A DNA stretch of 63,443 nucleotides, the filler included, from Octopus bimaculoides (taxonomy: Eukaryota): NCBI RefSeq assembly GCF_001194135.2. It is 6 parts of 6 records of this genome, joined end to end, with 100 filler letters (N's around TTAATTAATTAA, not from the genome) between each part and the next. Parts side by side here need not be neighbours in the genome. Positions count along the whole stretch, not along the records: positions 47,891 to 52,841 come from NC_068984.1; positions 52,942 to 56,107 come from NW_026338256.1; positions 56,208 to 63,443 come from NW_026357603.1; 3 more parts are not named here. One strand, given 5' to 3'. The position numbers were made by a program, and so were the translations under genes. Position 1 is the first letter of the stretch; each line of letters opens with the position of its first letter. The notes beneath the pieces are model-generated. The model did no database searches. It saw only the letters and a program-made list of their open reading frames with translations, and had not been told where the DNA came from. This document shows, piece after piece, positions 51,120 through 63,443 of the stretch.

Positions 51120-52730
51120 TGTGTTTGTTGTTTTTGTTGTTTAAAACCCAGGTGAGCCCTGATCGATTGTATTTACGATAATAACTGTTGCGACTGTAAT
51201 CACTCTGTGTCTTTGTAGTCTCCAGTTTGATATTCCTATTTAAAGACTATAGCGTGTACACACACACATGCATAGCGATACATAACGGGAGGAATTGATT
51301 TTAAGCAAGTCAGAATAAATTTCTCCAAGTTGATAATTTTACTATAATTGAAATTACAACTATAAACGTTTCTCCGTCTCTCTCATTTTCGTCAGTATAA
51401 CAGTCGAACCGATCCAGTAAATGAGCAAATCGATATCTAAATATAGAAAAAATAATGATAATAATAAATATAGGAAAACTTATTACGCATGTCTCTAATT
51501 TCAGTTTTCTGAAATGAAATCAGTATTCATAATGAAGAATGAAAAGGAAAATACTTCAAAGGAGCAAATAACTAAGTTAATAAGTGAATACTGGATGACG
51601 TATGCAATAAATCCGTCAGTGTTCGGAGTTGGGGTCAAAAATGAAGGCTTAGCAACAACTGATTGTGACGCTCAAAGAGAAGGGGAGATAATTTGTTTTC
51701 AGGTTCCTACTTGAAAATTTCAATATATTATCATCTTTTAACTATCCACAAACGCTTACTAAAACATGCATATATATATATATATATATGAATTAAGAAC
51801 GTAAAAATAAAAACAGAACACAAAGGATTCCGCGGTGCACGTGTTTCAAGCTTTATGGTCGTTGCATCATTATATTGGTATATAATTGATAGACAGGATG
51901 GTATAAAGCTATCTTCAGCCGCAAATATATTCTTTCCCAAGTATTATATCACAAAGAAGTCACCAAGAAAAAAGTAAAGTAGAGAAAAACATATATATAT
52001 ACAAATCTATATGTGCAGGTGTGCGTGTGAGATTGTGTGTCAGTATATATCCGCGTGTATACATTTATATATGCAAATGTGTGTGTGTGTGTGTGTGTGT
52101 GTGTAGAAATAGAACAGCTTATGAAGTCAAGAAAGTTGATTTCTAGAATCACACAGGCTCACACTTTTGAATTGCCATTTATATGGATATTTACATATTT
52201 CCCAATCCATATGGTAGTATCAGACTGGCGGCATTTGTGGTATCTGATCAACATGCTTTCTTTTTTTATTTGCGTATTCTTTTTACTTCTTTGCCAATTG
52301 AGCTAACCCCCACACATTTAATATGAGTGCCTTTCTACATGTGTGGGTCACTGGTGTGGCACAAACATTTTAACGTTGTAAGATTATGAAATATGACTAA
52401 GCACGTTTTTTTCCTAACTTCAAATCATAAGTCGGACTTCAATGAACCACAGACAGGTGACAAGATCTTTCGTTGTCTCATCCGCTCTTGAATCAACGAA
52501 ATAATGTCACTTCTCTGATTTCTTCATTCGTTAGGGCACCGAACGTGTGGCACATATGATAGAGCAGTTGTGATTTTCAGGCTGTATTCTTCGTCAAAGC
52601 ACTGCTGTTCACCGACAAGTGGACGTATTAGTCACTTAATACTTTTGTTGTATATCTTCGTTATCATGAAAGCGCAAGTCAGGATAGTATTACATCTGAA
52701 ATTTTAGTACTGGTTGTCATATACTAAAGC

Positions 52731-52773
<43 letters not shown>

Positions 52774-54229
52774 AATCTCACCCCCTCTCTCTGTCTATAT
52801 ATATATATATTATATATATTATATATATATATATATATATANNNNNNNNNNNNNNNNNNNNNNNNNNNNNNNNNNNNNNNNNNNNTTAATTAATTAANNN
52901 NNNNNNNNNNNNNNNNNNNNNNNNNNNNNNNNNNNNNNNNNTTATTTATAAACAGATGTACGGAGAATACTGGTAAGACGTTCAGTTACTTCCCTTGAAT
53001 ATTTTTATTTATTTTTTTAATTCCCCTAAACTTGAAGATTACCTATATATATATATAATTGCTATCATAATATCTAGCAGTCTTGTAAGGGACGTTGTTA
53101 CTGTTTATTTGCTCCTAGAATCATCATTTGTAGCTGGCTATACGACGCATTATCTGTGTCCTTATATTTTCGAACCGGGAATTCAGCATCGAATTCAGCA
53201 ATCAACCCCTGGACTTACTTTTTTAAGCCTAGTACCTATTCTATCATTCTCTTTAGCCGAACCGCTACGTTATGGGGACGTATATATATAACTATATACA
53301 TACGCACAAAAGTGATGAGGTGGTCACAGCAGGAAAGCCTTTGATCATATATAATCATTGCTACATCAGCAATGATTACGTGACCTAGGGCTAAACAACA
53401 GCAACAACAAGCGCTACCGTAAACCACTCTCCACCATCACCGCCACCAACCCTCAACCATCACCACCACCACCATCAAACATTACACATCAGACAATATT
53501 CGCCACTCACCGAGCATTAGTCATTAACCTTCGACCATTGGTCATTGAATGCCCGAACAAAGAATTTCTAAAGGAATTACAAAGATGTAATTAAAAAAAG
53601 TTATGGAAAATAATTAAGAATNNNNNNNNNNNNNNNNNNNNNNNNNNNNNNNNNNNNNNNNNNNNNNNNNGCACAAACGCACACATATATGTGTTAATCT
53701 ATAATATCTACCTATCTGTGTGTGTGTGTGTATCTTCGTCCTTGTCTTAACTGGTGTTGGTTTGTTTACCTCCCCGTAATTTAGTGGTTCGGCAAAGAGT
53801 GACTCCACAACCACGACTCTCCCAGGAATAATGGCCATAAAAGATGAATGGATGGATATATATATATATTGAGAGGACTCAACTCTAGTTCTATGGACAC
53901 GTGAAGAGAATGTCACGAAATTGTTCTGGGTACGACTTTTTAACTGCATCTGGTCGTGAGGCCTTAGTACGAGAGTTCCAGGCTTTCGAGGTATCTAGAG
54001 CCATCTCTTAGCCATCTATTGCTCCCAGGTTTACTCTGACCTGGTGTACCAGCACCTGTTAGGTTCCGAGCATGTGTACCATCCGGTAGTGGGTCCTTGG
54101 TATGGAAGTCCCAGGAGTCTGAAGAGTGAGGAACCATCTCTTAGCCAGTATTGTTCCCAGGTATACTCTGACCCTTAGCAGTAGCAACTGTTAGGGCCCC
54201 AGCTATGGGTTAATTATCATATGTATCAC

Positions 54230-54620
54230 CTGCTTGAAACCCAGGCTATATCTGCTTCGATAATCAATGGTGACTTGCTCAGTGGTCTGTTGTCAAAGAA
54301 GTGTTATTGATACGCGACAATACACACCCACACATAGCTTTCCACGCTGTTGAAACTATTGAAACAATGGGTTTCGAGGTGCTGGGACACTCTGTCTTTA
54401 GCTCAGGTTTCGTTCTTCCCTGCTGTCACCTTTTTGGACCGCTCAGACACCCTTCACGGGGCGGGGCTGTCGATTTGTTACGGACGAAGAAGCGCAGGAA
54501 GCGGTATATAAATGGCTGCGCGATCAGCCGTACACCTTCTCTGATGGAATAACCGAACTTCTGGACCGCTGGAAGTGCATCGAAAAACAAGGAGACAAGT
54601 GTTCAACCCATACTTTTGTT
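54230..54620 (+). pseudogene. mariner (DD34D) transposase C-terminal remnant
   Basis: LLIRDNTHPHIAFHAVETIETMGFEVLGHSVFSSGFVLPCCHLFGPLR matches the HDNARPH...HPPYSPDLAPSDYHLFGPLK pattern, with frameshifts. Confidence 0.85.
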
Positions 54621-55611
54621 TTAATAAATCACAGAAACAAGAGAGCATATGATTTGTGACTTAGCCTAATGTGTCTACCCACACAACAAATAACTACGTT
54701 ATTGAAACCACTTTCNNNNNNNNNNNNNNNNNNNNNNNNNNNNNNNNNNNNNNNNNNNNNNNNNNNNNNNNNNNNNNNNNNNNNNNNNNNNNNNNNNNNN
54801 NNNNNNNNNNNNNNNNNNNNNNNNNNNNNNNNNNNNNNNNNNNNNNNNNNNNNNNNNNNNNNNNNNNNNNNNNNNNNNNNNNNNNNNNNNNNNNNNNNNN
54901 NNNNNNNNNNNNNNNNNNNNNNNNNNNNNNNNNNNNNNNNNNNNNNNNNNNNNNNNNNNNNNNNNNNNNNNNNNNNNNNNNNNNNNNNNNNNNNNNNNNN
55001 NNNNNNNNNNNNNNNNNNNNNNNNNNNNNNNNNNNNNNNNNNNNNNNNNNNNNNNNNNNNNNNNNNNNNNNNNNNNNNNNNNNNNNNNNNNNNNNNNNNN
55101 NNNNNNNNNNNNNNNNNNNNNNNNNNNNNNNNNNNNNNNNNNNNNNNNNNNNNNNNNNNNNNNNNNNNNNNNNNNNNNNNNNNNNNNNNNNNNNNNNNNN
55201 NNNNNNNNNNNNNNNNNNNNNNNNNNNNNNNNNNNNNNNNNNNNNNNNNNNNNNNNNNNNNNNNNNNNNNNNNNNNNNNNNNNNNNNNNNNNNNNNNNNN
55301 NNNNNNNNNNNNNNNNNNNNNNNNNNNNNNNNNNNNNNNNNNNNNNNNNNNNNNNNNNNNNNNNNNNNNNNNNNNNNNNNNNNNNNNNNNNNNNNNNNNN
55401 NNNNNNNNNNNNNNNNNNNNNNNNNNNNNNNNNNNNNNNNNNNNNNNNNNNNNNNNNNNNNNNNNNNNNNNNNNNNNNNNNNNNNNNNNNNNNNNNNNNN
55501 NNNNNNNNNNNNNNNNNNNNNNNNNNNNNNNNNNNNNNNNNNNNNNNNNNNNNNNNNNNNNNNNNNNNNNNNNNNNNNNNNNNNNNNNNNNNNNNNNNNN
55601 NNNNNNNNNNN

Positions 55612-56107
55612 NGGGGGGGGGGTAGTGACAGTGGGAAGAGGTGGTCGTCGTTGTGGTGGTAGTAGTAGTAGTGGTGGTGGTTTGATGGTGGTGTGGTGTT
55701 GGCGGTAGTGGTAGTGACGGTGTCAGTGGTTATCAGGTGGCCATAGTGACGGTGTGGTTATGGTAGTAGTGGTGGTGTCGTTATTGTTGTGGTGGTGGTG
55801 GTAGTGGTGTCAGTCGCAGTAAGGTGTTGTCATGTGGTATAGGCAATAGTAACGGGGTGGTTATGGTTATGGAGGCGGTAGTCTTGGTGGTGGTGTGTCA
55901 TTGTTGTCTTGGTGGTGGTGGTTGTGGTGGTGGTTGAGGTGGCAGTTGCAGTCAGGTGTTCTCATGTTGTGGTGATGGAGGTAGTGCAGCAGCTACAGTG
56001 TAATGGGCAGTTTTGGCTGCGGTAAAACGGTATGACGTAATGATAATGTTTAAGTGGTAGTTGACGGGGTGGCTTGGCATGGTATGGGAGATAGTGTAGA
56101 GGTGGTG
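55612..56107. repeat. (GGT/AGT)n-rich low-complexity tract
   Basis: Degenerate GGTGGT/GTAGT repeats. Confidence 0.85.
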
Positions 56108-56207
56108 NNNNNNNNNNNNNNNNNNNNNNNNNNNNNNNNNNNNNNNNNNNNTTAATTAATTAANNNNNNNNNNNNNNNNNNNNNNNNNNNNNNNNNNNNN
56201 NNNNNNN

Positions 56208-59200
56208 GGCAGAAAAACCTCCCGTATTAAATAAGATCGTTGACGCTATGTGCGGCAGAAAAACCTCCCGTATTAGATACGATCGTTGTCGCAAGGTGGG
56301 GCAGAAACGACTCCCGTATTAAATACTATCGTTGACGCAAGATGCGGCAGAACAGACTCCCGTATTAAATGCGATCATTGACGTCAGGTTCGGCAGTATT
56401 GACTACCGTATTAAATGCGATCGTTGACGCAAGGTGCGGCAGAAAAACATCCCGAATTAAATACGATAGTTGACGCAATGTACGGCAGAATAACCTCCCG
56501 TATTAAATACGATCGTTGACGCAAGGTCCGGCAGAAAAGTCTCCCGTAGTAATTACGATCTTACACGCAAGGTACGCCAGAAAAACCACTCGTATTAAAT
56601 ACGATCGTTGACGCAAAGTGTGGCAGAAAAACCTCCGATATTAAATACGGTCGTTGACCCAAGGTGCTGCAGTATAGACTCCCGTATTAAATACGAATGT
56701 ACAGGCAAGGTGCTGCAGAATAAACTCCCTTATTCTATACGTTTGTTGAGGCAATGTTCGGCAAAAAAACCTCCCACATTAAAAACGATTGTTGACGCAA
56801 GGTGCGGCAGAACAACCTCCCGTCTTAAATAAGATCGTTGACGCAAGGTGGGGAAGAAACGACTCCCGTATTAAATACGATCTTACACGCAAGGTGCTGC
56901 AGAATAGACTCCCGTATTAAATACGATCGTTAATGCCAGGTTCGGCAATATAGACTCCCGTCTCAAATGCGATCGTTGACGCAAGGTGCTGCAGAAAAAC
57001 TCCCGTATTAAATGCGATCGTTGACGCAAGGAGCGGCAGAAAATCTTCCCTTATTAAATGCGATAGTTGACGCAACGTGTGGTAGAAAAGACTCCCGTAT
57101 TAAATTCGATCTTTGACGCAAGGTGCCGCAGAGTAAACTCCCGTATTAAATACGATCTTTGACGCAAGGTGCCGCAGAGTAGACTCCCGTATTAAATACG
57201 ATCGTTGACGCAAGGTGCGGCAGAAAAACCTCCCGTATTAAATACGATCGTTGTCGCAAGGTGCCGCAGAAAAACCTCCCGTATTAAATACGATCGTTGT
57301 CGCAAGGTGGGGCAGACACGACTCCCGTATTAAATACGATCTTACACGCAAAGTGCTGCAGAAAAGACTCCCAAATTAAATGCGATCGTTGACGCAAGGT
57401 TCGGCAGTATAGATTCCCATAATATATACGATCGTTGCTGCAATGTGCGGCAGAAAAACNNNNNNNNNNCAATTTGCGGCAGAAAAACCTCCCGTATTAA
57501 ATACGATCGTTGACGCAACGTGCGGCAGAAAAACCTCCCGTATTAAATACGATCGTTGACGCCAGGTGGTGCAGAAACGAATCCCGTATTAAATGCGATC
57601 TTACACGCAAGGTGGTGCAGAATAGATTCCCGTTTTAAATGCGAACGTTGACGCAAGGTTCGCCAGTATAGGCTTCCGTATTAAATACGACACTTGACGC
57701 AAGGTGGGGGCAGAAACGACTTCCGTATTAAATACGATCTTACACACAATGTGCTTTAGAATAGATTCCCGTATTAAATGCGATCTTTGACGCAATGTGC
57801 GGCAGAAAAACCTCCCGTATTAAATACGATCGTTGACGCAAGGTGGGGCAGAAACGAGTCCCGTATTATATTCGAGCATTGACGCAAGGTGGGGAATAAA
57901 CGACTCCCGTATTAAATAGGATCTTACACGCAAGGTGCTGCAGAATAGACTCCCGTATTAAATACGATCGTTAATGCCAGGTTCGGCAATATAGACTCCC
58001 GTCTCAAATGCGATCGTTGACGCAAGGTGCGGCAGAAAAACTCCCGTAGTANNNNNNNNNNNNNNNNNNNNNNNNNNNNNNNNNNNNNNNNNNNNNNNNN
58101 NNNNNNNNNNNNNNNNNNNNNNNNNNNNNNNNNNNNNNNNNNNNNNNNNNNNNNNNNNNNNNNNNNNNNNNNNNNNNNNNNNNNNNNNNNNNNNNNNNNN
58201 NNNNNNNNNNNNNNNNNNNNNNNNNNNNNNNNNNNNNNNNNNNNNNNNNNNNNNNNNNNNNNNNNNNNNNNNNNNNNNNNNNNNNNNNNNNNNNNNNNNN
58301 NNNNNNNNNNNNNNNNNNNNNNNNNNNNNNNNNNNNNNNNNNNNNNNNNNNNNNNNNNNNNNNNNNNNNNNNNNNNNNNNNNNNNNNNNNNNNNNNNNNN
58401 NNNNNNNNNNNNNNNNNNNNNNNNNNNNNNNNNNNNNNNNNNNNNNNNNNNNNNNNNNNNNNNNNNNNNNNNNNNNNNNNNNNNNNNNNNNNNNNNNNNN
58501 NNNNNNNNNNNNNNNNNNNNNNNNNNNNNNNNNNNNNNNNNNNNNNNNNNNNNNNNNNNNNNNNNNNNNNNNNNNNNNNNNNNNNNNNNNNNNNNNNNNN
58601 NNNNNNNNNNNNNNNNNNNNNNNNNNNNNNNNNNNNNNNNNNNNNNNNNNNNNNNNNNNNNNNNNNNNNNNNNNNNNNNNNNNNNNNNNNNNNNNNNNNN
58701 NNNNNNNNNNNNNNNNNNNNNNNNNNNNNNNNNNNNNNNNNNNNNNNNNNNNNNNNNNNNNNNNNNNNNNNNNNNNNNNNNNNNNNNNNNNNNNNNNNNN
58801 NNNNNNNNNNNNNNNNNNNNGGATCTTACACGCAAGGTGCTGCAGAATAGACTCCCGTATTAAATACGATCGTTAATGCCAGGTTCGGCAATATAGACTC
58901 CCGTCTCAAATGCGATCGTTGACGCAAGGTGCGGCAGAAAAACTCCCGTAGTAAATGCGATCGTTGACGCAATGTGCGGCAGAAAAACCTCCCGTATTAT
59001 ATACTATCGTTGACGCAAGATGCGGCAGAAACGACTCCCGTATTAAATACGATCTTACAGGCAATGTGCTGCAGAATAGACTCCCTTATTCTATAGGTTC
59101 GTCGACGCAATGTGCGGCAGAAAAACCTCCCGTATTAAATACGACCGTTGACGCAAGGTGGGGAAGAAACGACTCCCGTTATATATTCGATCGTTGACGC

Positions 59201-62200
59201 AATGTGCGGCAGAAAAACCTCCCGTCTTAAATACGATCGTTGACGCAACGTGCGGCAGAAAAACCTTCCGTATTAAATACGATCGTTGACGCAAGGTGGG
59301 GCAGAAACGACTCCCGTATTAAATACGATCTTACACGCAAGGTGCTGCAGAATAGACTCCCGTATTCTATACGTATTTTGACGCAATGTGCGGCAGAAAA
59401 ACCTCCCGTATTAAATACGATCGTTGACGCAAGGTGGGGCAGAAACGACTCACGTATTAAATACGATATTACACGCAAGGTGCTGCAGAATAGACTCCCG
59501 TATTAAATGCGATTGTTGACGCCAGCTGCGCCAGTAGAGTCTCCCGTATTATACTCGATCGTTGACGCTAGGTTCGGAATTATAGACTCCCGGATTAAAT
59601 GCGATCGTTGGCGCTATGTGCGGCAGAAAAACCTCCCGTATTAAATACGATCGTTGACGCAAGGTGGGGCAGAAACGAATCCCGTATTATATTCGAGCAT
59701 TGACGCAAGGTGCAGCAGAAAAGATTCCAGAATTAAATACGCTCGTTGACGCAATGTGTGGGAGAAATATCTCCCTATTAAATAGTGTGGTTGACAAAAG
59801 GTGCGGCAGAATAGACTCTCGTATTAAATACGATCGTTGACGCAACGTGAGGCAGAAAAACCTCCCGTATTAAATACGATTGTTGAAGCCATGTGCGCCA
59901 GAATAGACTCCCGCATTAAATACGATTGTTGACGCAATGTGCGGCAGAAAAACCTACCGTATTAAATACGATCGTTGAGGCAAGGTGCGGCAGAGTAGAC
60001 TCCCGTATTAAATACGATCTTTGACGCAAGGTGTGGCAGAAACGACTCCCGTATTAAATACGATCTTACACGCAAGGTCCTGCAGATTAGACTCCCGTAT
60101 TCTATACGTTTGTTGACGCAATGTGCGACAAAAAAACCTCCCGTATTAAAAACGATTGTTGACGCAAGGTGCGGCAGAATAACCTCCCGTATTAAATAAG
60201 ATCGTTGACGCAAGGTGGGGCAGAAACGACTCCCGTATTAAATACGATCTTACACGCAAGGTGCTGCAGAATTGACTCCCGTATTAAATACGATCGTTGA
60301 TGCCAGGTTCGGCAATATAGACTCCCTTATTAAATGCGATTGTTGACGCAAGGTGTGGCAGAAAAGACTCCCGTATTAAATTCGATTTTGACGCAAGGTG
60401 CCGCAGAGTAGACTCCCGTATTAAATATGATCTTTGACGCAAGGTGTGGCAGAAAACCTCTGGTATTATATGCGATCGTTGACGCTAGGTGGGGCAGAAA
60501 CGACTTCCGTAATAAATACGATCTTACACGCAAGTTGCTGCAGAATAGACTCCCGTATTCTATACGTATTTTGACGCAATGTGCGGAAGAAAAACCTCCC
60601 GTATTAAATTCGATCGTTTAGGCAAGGTGGGGCAGAAACGACTCACGAATTAAATACGATCTTACACGCAAGGTGCTGCAGAAAAGACTCCCGAATTAAA
60701 TGCGATCGTTGACGCAAGTTTCGGCAGTATAGACTCCCGTATTAAATACGAATTTACAGGCAAGGTGCTGCAGAATAAACTCCCTTATTCTATACGTTTG
60801 TTGACGCAATGTGCGGCAAAAAAACCTCCCGCATTAAAAACGATTGTTGACGCAAGGTGCGGCAGAATAACCACCCGTATTAAATAAGATCGTTGACGCA
60901 AGGTAGGGAAGAAACGACTCCCGTATTAAATTCGATCTTACACGCAAGGTGCTGCAGAATAGACTCCCGTATTCTATACGTATTTTGACGCAATGTGCGG
61001 CAGAAAAACATCCCGTATTAAATATGATCGTTGACGGAAGGTGCCGCAGAAAAACCTCCCGTATTAAATACGATCGTTGACGCAAGGTGGGGCAGAAACG
61101 ACTCCTGTATTAAATACGATCTTACACGCAAAGTGCTGCAGAAAAGACTCCCAAATTAAATGCGATCGTTGACGCAAGGTTCGGCAGTATAGATTCCCGT
61201 AATATATACGATCCTTGATGCAATGTGCGGCAGAAAAATCTCCCGTATTAAATACTATCGTTGACGCAAGATGCTGCAGAAAAGACTACCGTATTAAATA
61301 CGAACTCACACGCAAGGTGCTGCAGAATAGACTCCCGTATTAAATCCGATCGTTGACGTCAGGTTCGGCAGTATAGACTCCTGTATTAAATGCGATCGTT
61401 GACGCAAGGTGCGGCATAAAAACCTCCCGAATTAAATACGATAGTTGACGCAATGTACTGCAGAATAACCTCCCGTATTAAATACGATTGTTGACGCAAT
61501 GTCCGGCAGAAAAGACTCCCGTAGTAATTACGATCTTACACGCAAGGTGCTGCAGAATAGACTCCCGTATTAAATGCTATCGTTGACGCAATGTGCGGCA
61601 GAAAAACCTCCCGTATTAAATACGATCGCTGACGCTATGTGCGGCAGAAAAAACCTCCCGCATTAAATACGATCGTTGACGCATGGTGGGGCAGAAACGA
61701 CTGCAGTATTAAATACGATCTCATACGCAAGGTGCTTCAGATTAGACTCCCGTATTAAATGCGATCGTTGACGCCAAGTTTGGCAGTAAAGACTCCCGTA
61801 TTAAATGCGAAATTTGATGTAAGGTGCGGCACAAAAAACTCCCGTATTAAATGCGATCGTTGACGCAAGGTGCGGCAGAATAGTCTCCCGTATTAAATGC
61901 GATCATTGACGCAAGGTACGGCAGAATAGTCTCCCGTATTAAATACGATCGTTGACGCCATGTGCGGCAGAAAAAGCTCCCTTATAAAATGCGATCGTTG
62001 ACGCAAGGTGCGGCAGAATAGACTCCTGTATTAAATGCGATCTTTGACGGAAGGTGCGGCAGAAATGACTCCCGTATTAAATACGATCTTTGACGTAAGG
62101 TGTCGCAGAGTAGACTCCCGTATTTAATACAATTTTTGACGCAAGGTTCCGCAGTGTAGACTCTCGTATTAAATGCGATCGTTGACACAAGGTGCGGCAG

Positions 62201-63443
62201 TATATACTCCCGTATTAAATGCGATCGTTGACTTTAGGTGCCGCAGAAAAACCTCCCGTATTAAATGCGATCGTTGACTTTAGGTGCGGCAGAAAAACCT
62301 CCCGTATTAAATACGATCTTTGACGCAATGTGCGGCAGAAAGACCTCCCGTATTAAATACGATCTTACACGCAAGGTGGGGCAGAAACGACTCCCTTATT
62401 AATTAAATACGATCTTACACGCAAGTTGCTGCAGATTAGACTCCCGTATTCTATACGTTTGTTGACGCAACGTGCAGCAAAACACCCTCCCATATTAAAA
62501 ACGATTGTTGACGCAAAGTGCGGCAGAAATGACTCCCGTATTAAATACGATCGTTGACGGAAGGTGCGGCAGAAAAGACTCCCGTATTAAATAAGATCTT
62601 ACACGCAAGGTGCTGCAGAATAGACTCCCGTATTAAATACGAGCGTTGATGCCAGGTTCGGCAGTATAGACTCCCGTATTAAATGCGATCGTTGACGCAA
62701 GGTGCGGCACAAAAAACTCCCGTATTAAATGCGATCGTTGACGCAAGGAGGCGGCAGAAAAACTTCCCTTATTAAATGCGATCGTTGACGCAAGGTGCCG
62801 CAGAGTAGACTCCCTTATTAAATACGATCTTTGACGCAAGGTGCCGCAGTGTAGACTCCCGTATTAAATACGATCGTTGACGCAAGGTACTGCAGAAAAA
62901 CCTCCCGTATTAAATGCGATGGTTGACACAAGGTGCGGCAGAAAAGACTCCCGTTTTAAATGCGATCGTTGACGCAAGGTGCGGCTGAATAGACTCCCGT
63001 ATTAAATGCGATCGTTGACGCAAGGTGCGGCGGAAAAGATTCCCGTATTCAATACGATAGTTGACGCAATGTGCGCCAGAAAAACCTCCCGTATTAACTG
63101 CGATCGTTGAGGCAAGGTGCGACAGAAAAGACTCCCGAATTAAATAGTATCGTTGACAAAAGGTGCGGCAGAATAGACTCCCGTATTAAATGCAATCGTT
63201 GACGCGAGGTGCAGCAGAATAGACTCCCGTATTGAATGCGATCGTTGACGCAAGGAGCGGCAGAATAGAATCCCGCATTAAATATGATCTTTGACGCAAG
63301 GTGAGGTAGAAAAAAATCCCGTATTAAATAGTATCGCTGACGCAAGTTTCGGCAGAATAGTCTCGCGTATTAAATACGATCGTTGACGCAAGGTGTGGCA
63401 GAAAAGATTCCCGTATTAATTGCGATCGTTGACGCAAGTTGTA
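56208..63443. repeat. 46-bp satellite array (about 140 sequenced monomers), running off the window end
   Basis: Consensus GCAGAAAAACCTCCCGTATTAAATACGATCGTTGACGCAAGGTGCG. The 46-bp period was measured at 57189/57235. Recurrent variant monomers are present. Confidence 0.98.

Noticed and set aside
51352-51402. Minus-strand CTGACGA...GAAACGTT with a plausible stem I
   Set aside because: The intervening 16 nt cannot form stem II.
52180-52640. Possible minus-strand mariner relic
   Set aside because: Only faint FKSG and PSDYH-like traces remain, which is not enough to support a call.
56208-63443. CRISPR array or CENP-B box in the satellite
   Set aside because: There are no unique spacers and no cas genes. 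The CCCG to CGA spacing is 2 nt longer than in the CENP-B box.

Overview
Eukaryotic, AT-rich, repeat-saturated draft sequence with many N gaps. The SINE families and microsatellite load look like an Octopus genome, which is my inference from recall and was not searched. I find no confidently supported host gene. Almost all ORFs in the track are microsatellite or gap artefacts. Real coding signal is limited to decayed transposon fragments: a Tx1-like 3' end, a C2H2-tailed RTE-like end, a FLYWCH/MULE start, a maT DD37D transposase, an R4/Dong retrotransposon and a mariner. The window also holds several tRNA-derived SINE families, a Helentron-type HINE, two MITEs with 8-bp TSDs (one centred on a telomeric-repeat palindrome) and a 46-bp CpG-rich satellite filling the last 7.2 kb. 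The main hidden signal is RNA-level. Six minimal type I hammerhead ribozyme motifs of the Penelope-like-element (PLE) kind occur at about 15.0, 26.3, 27.3, 27.9, 39.1 and 45.8 kb. They belong to five unrelated sequence families, and each has a self-complementary or near-self-complementary stem III. Five sit in or next to inverted-repeat non-coding elements, and one lies inside a tRNA-headed SINE bounded by a 12-bp TSD.
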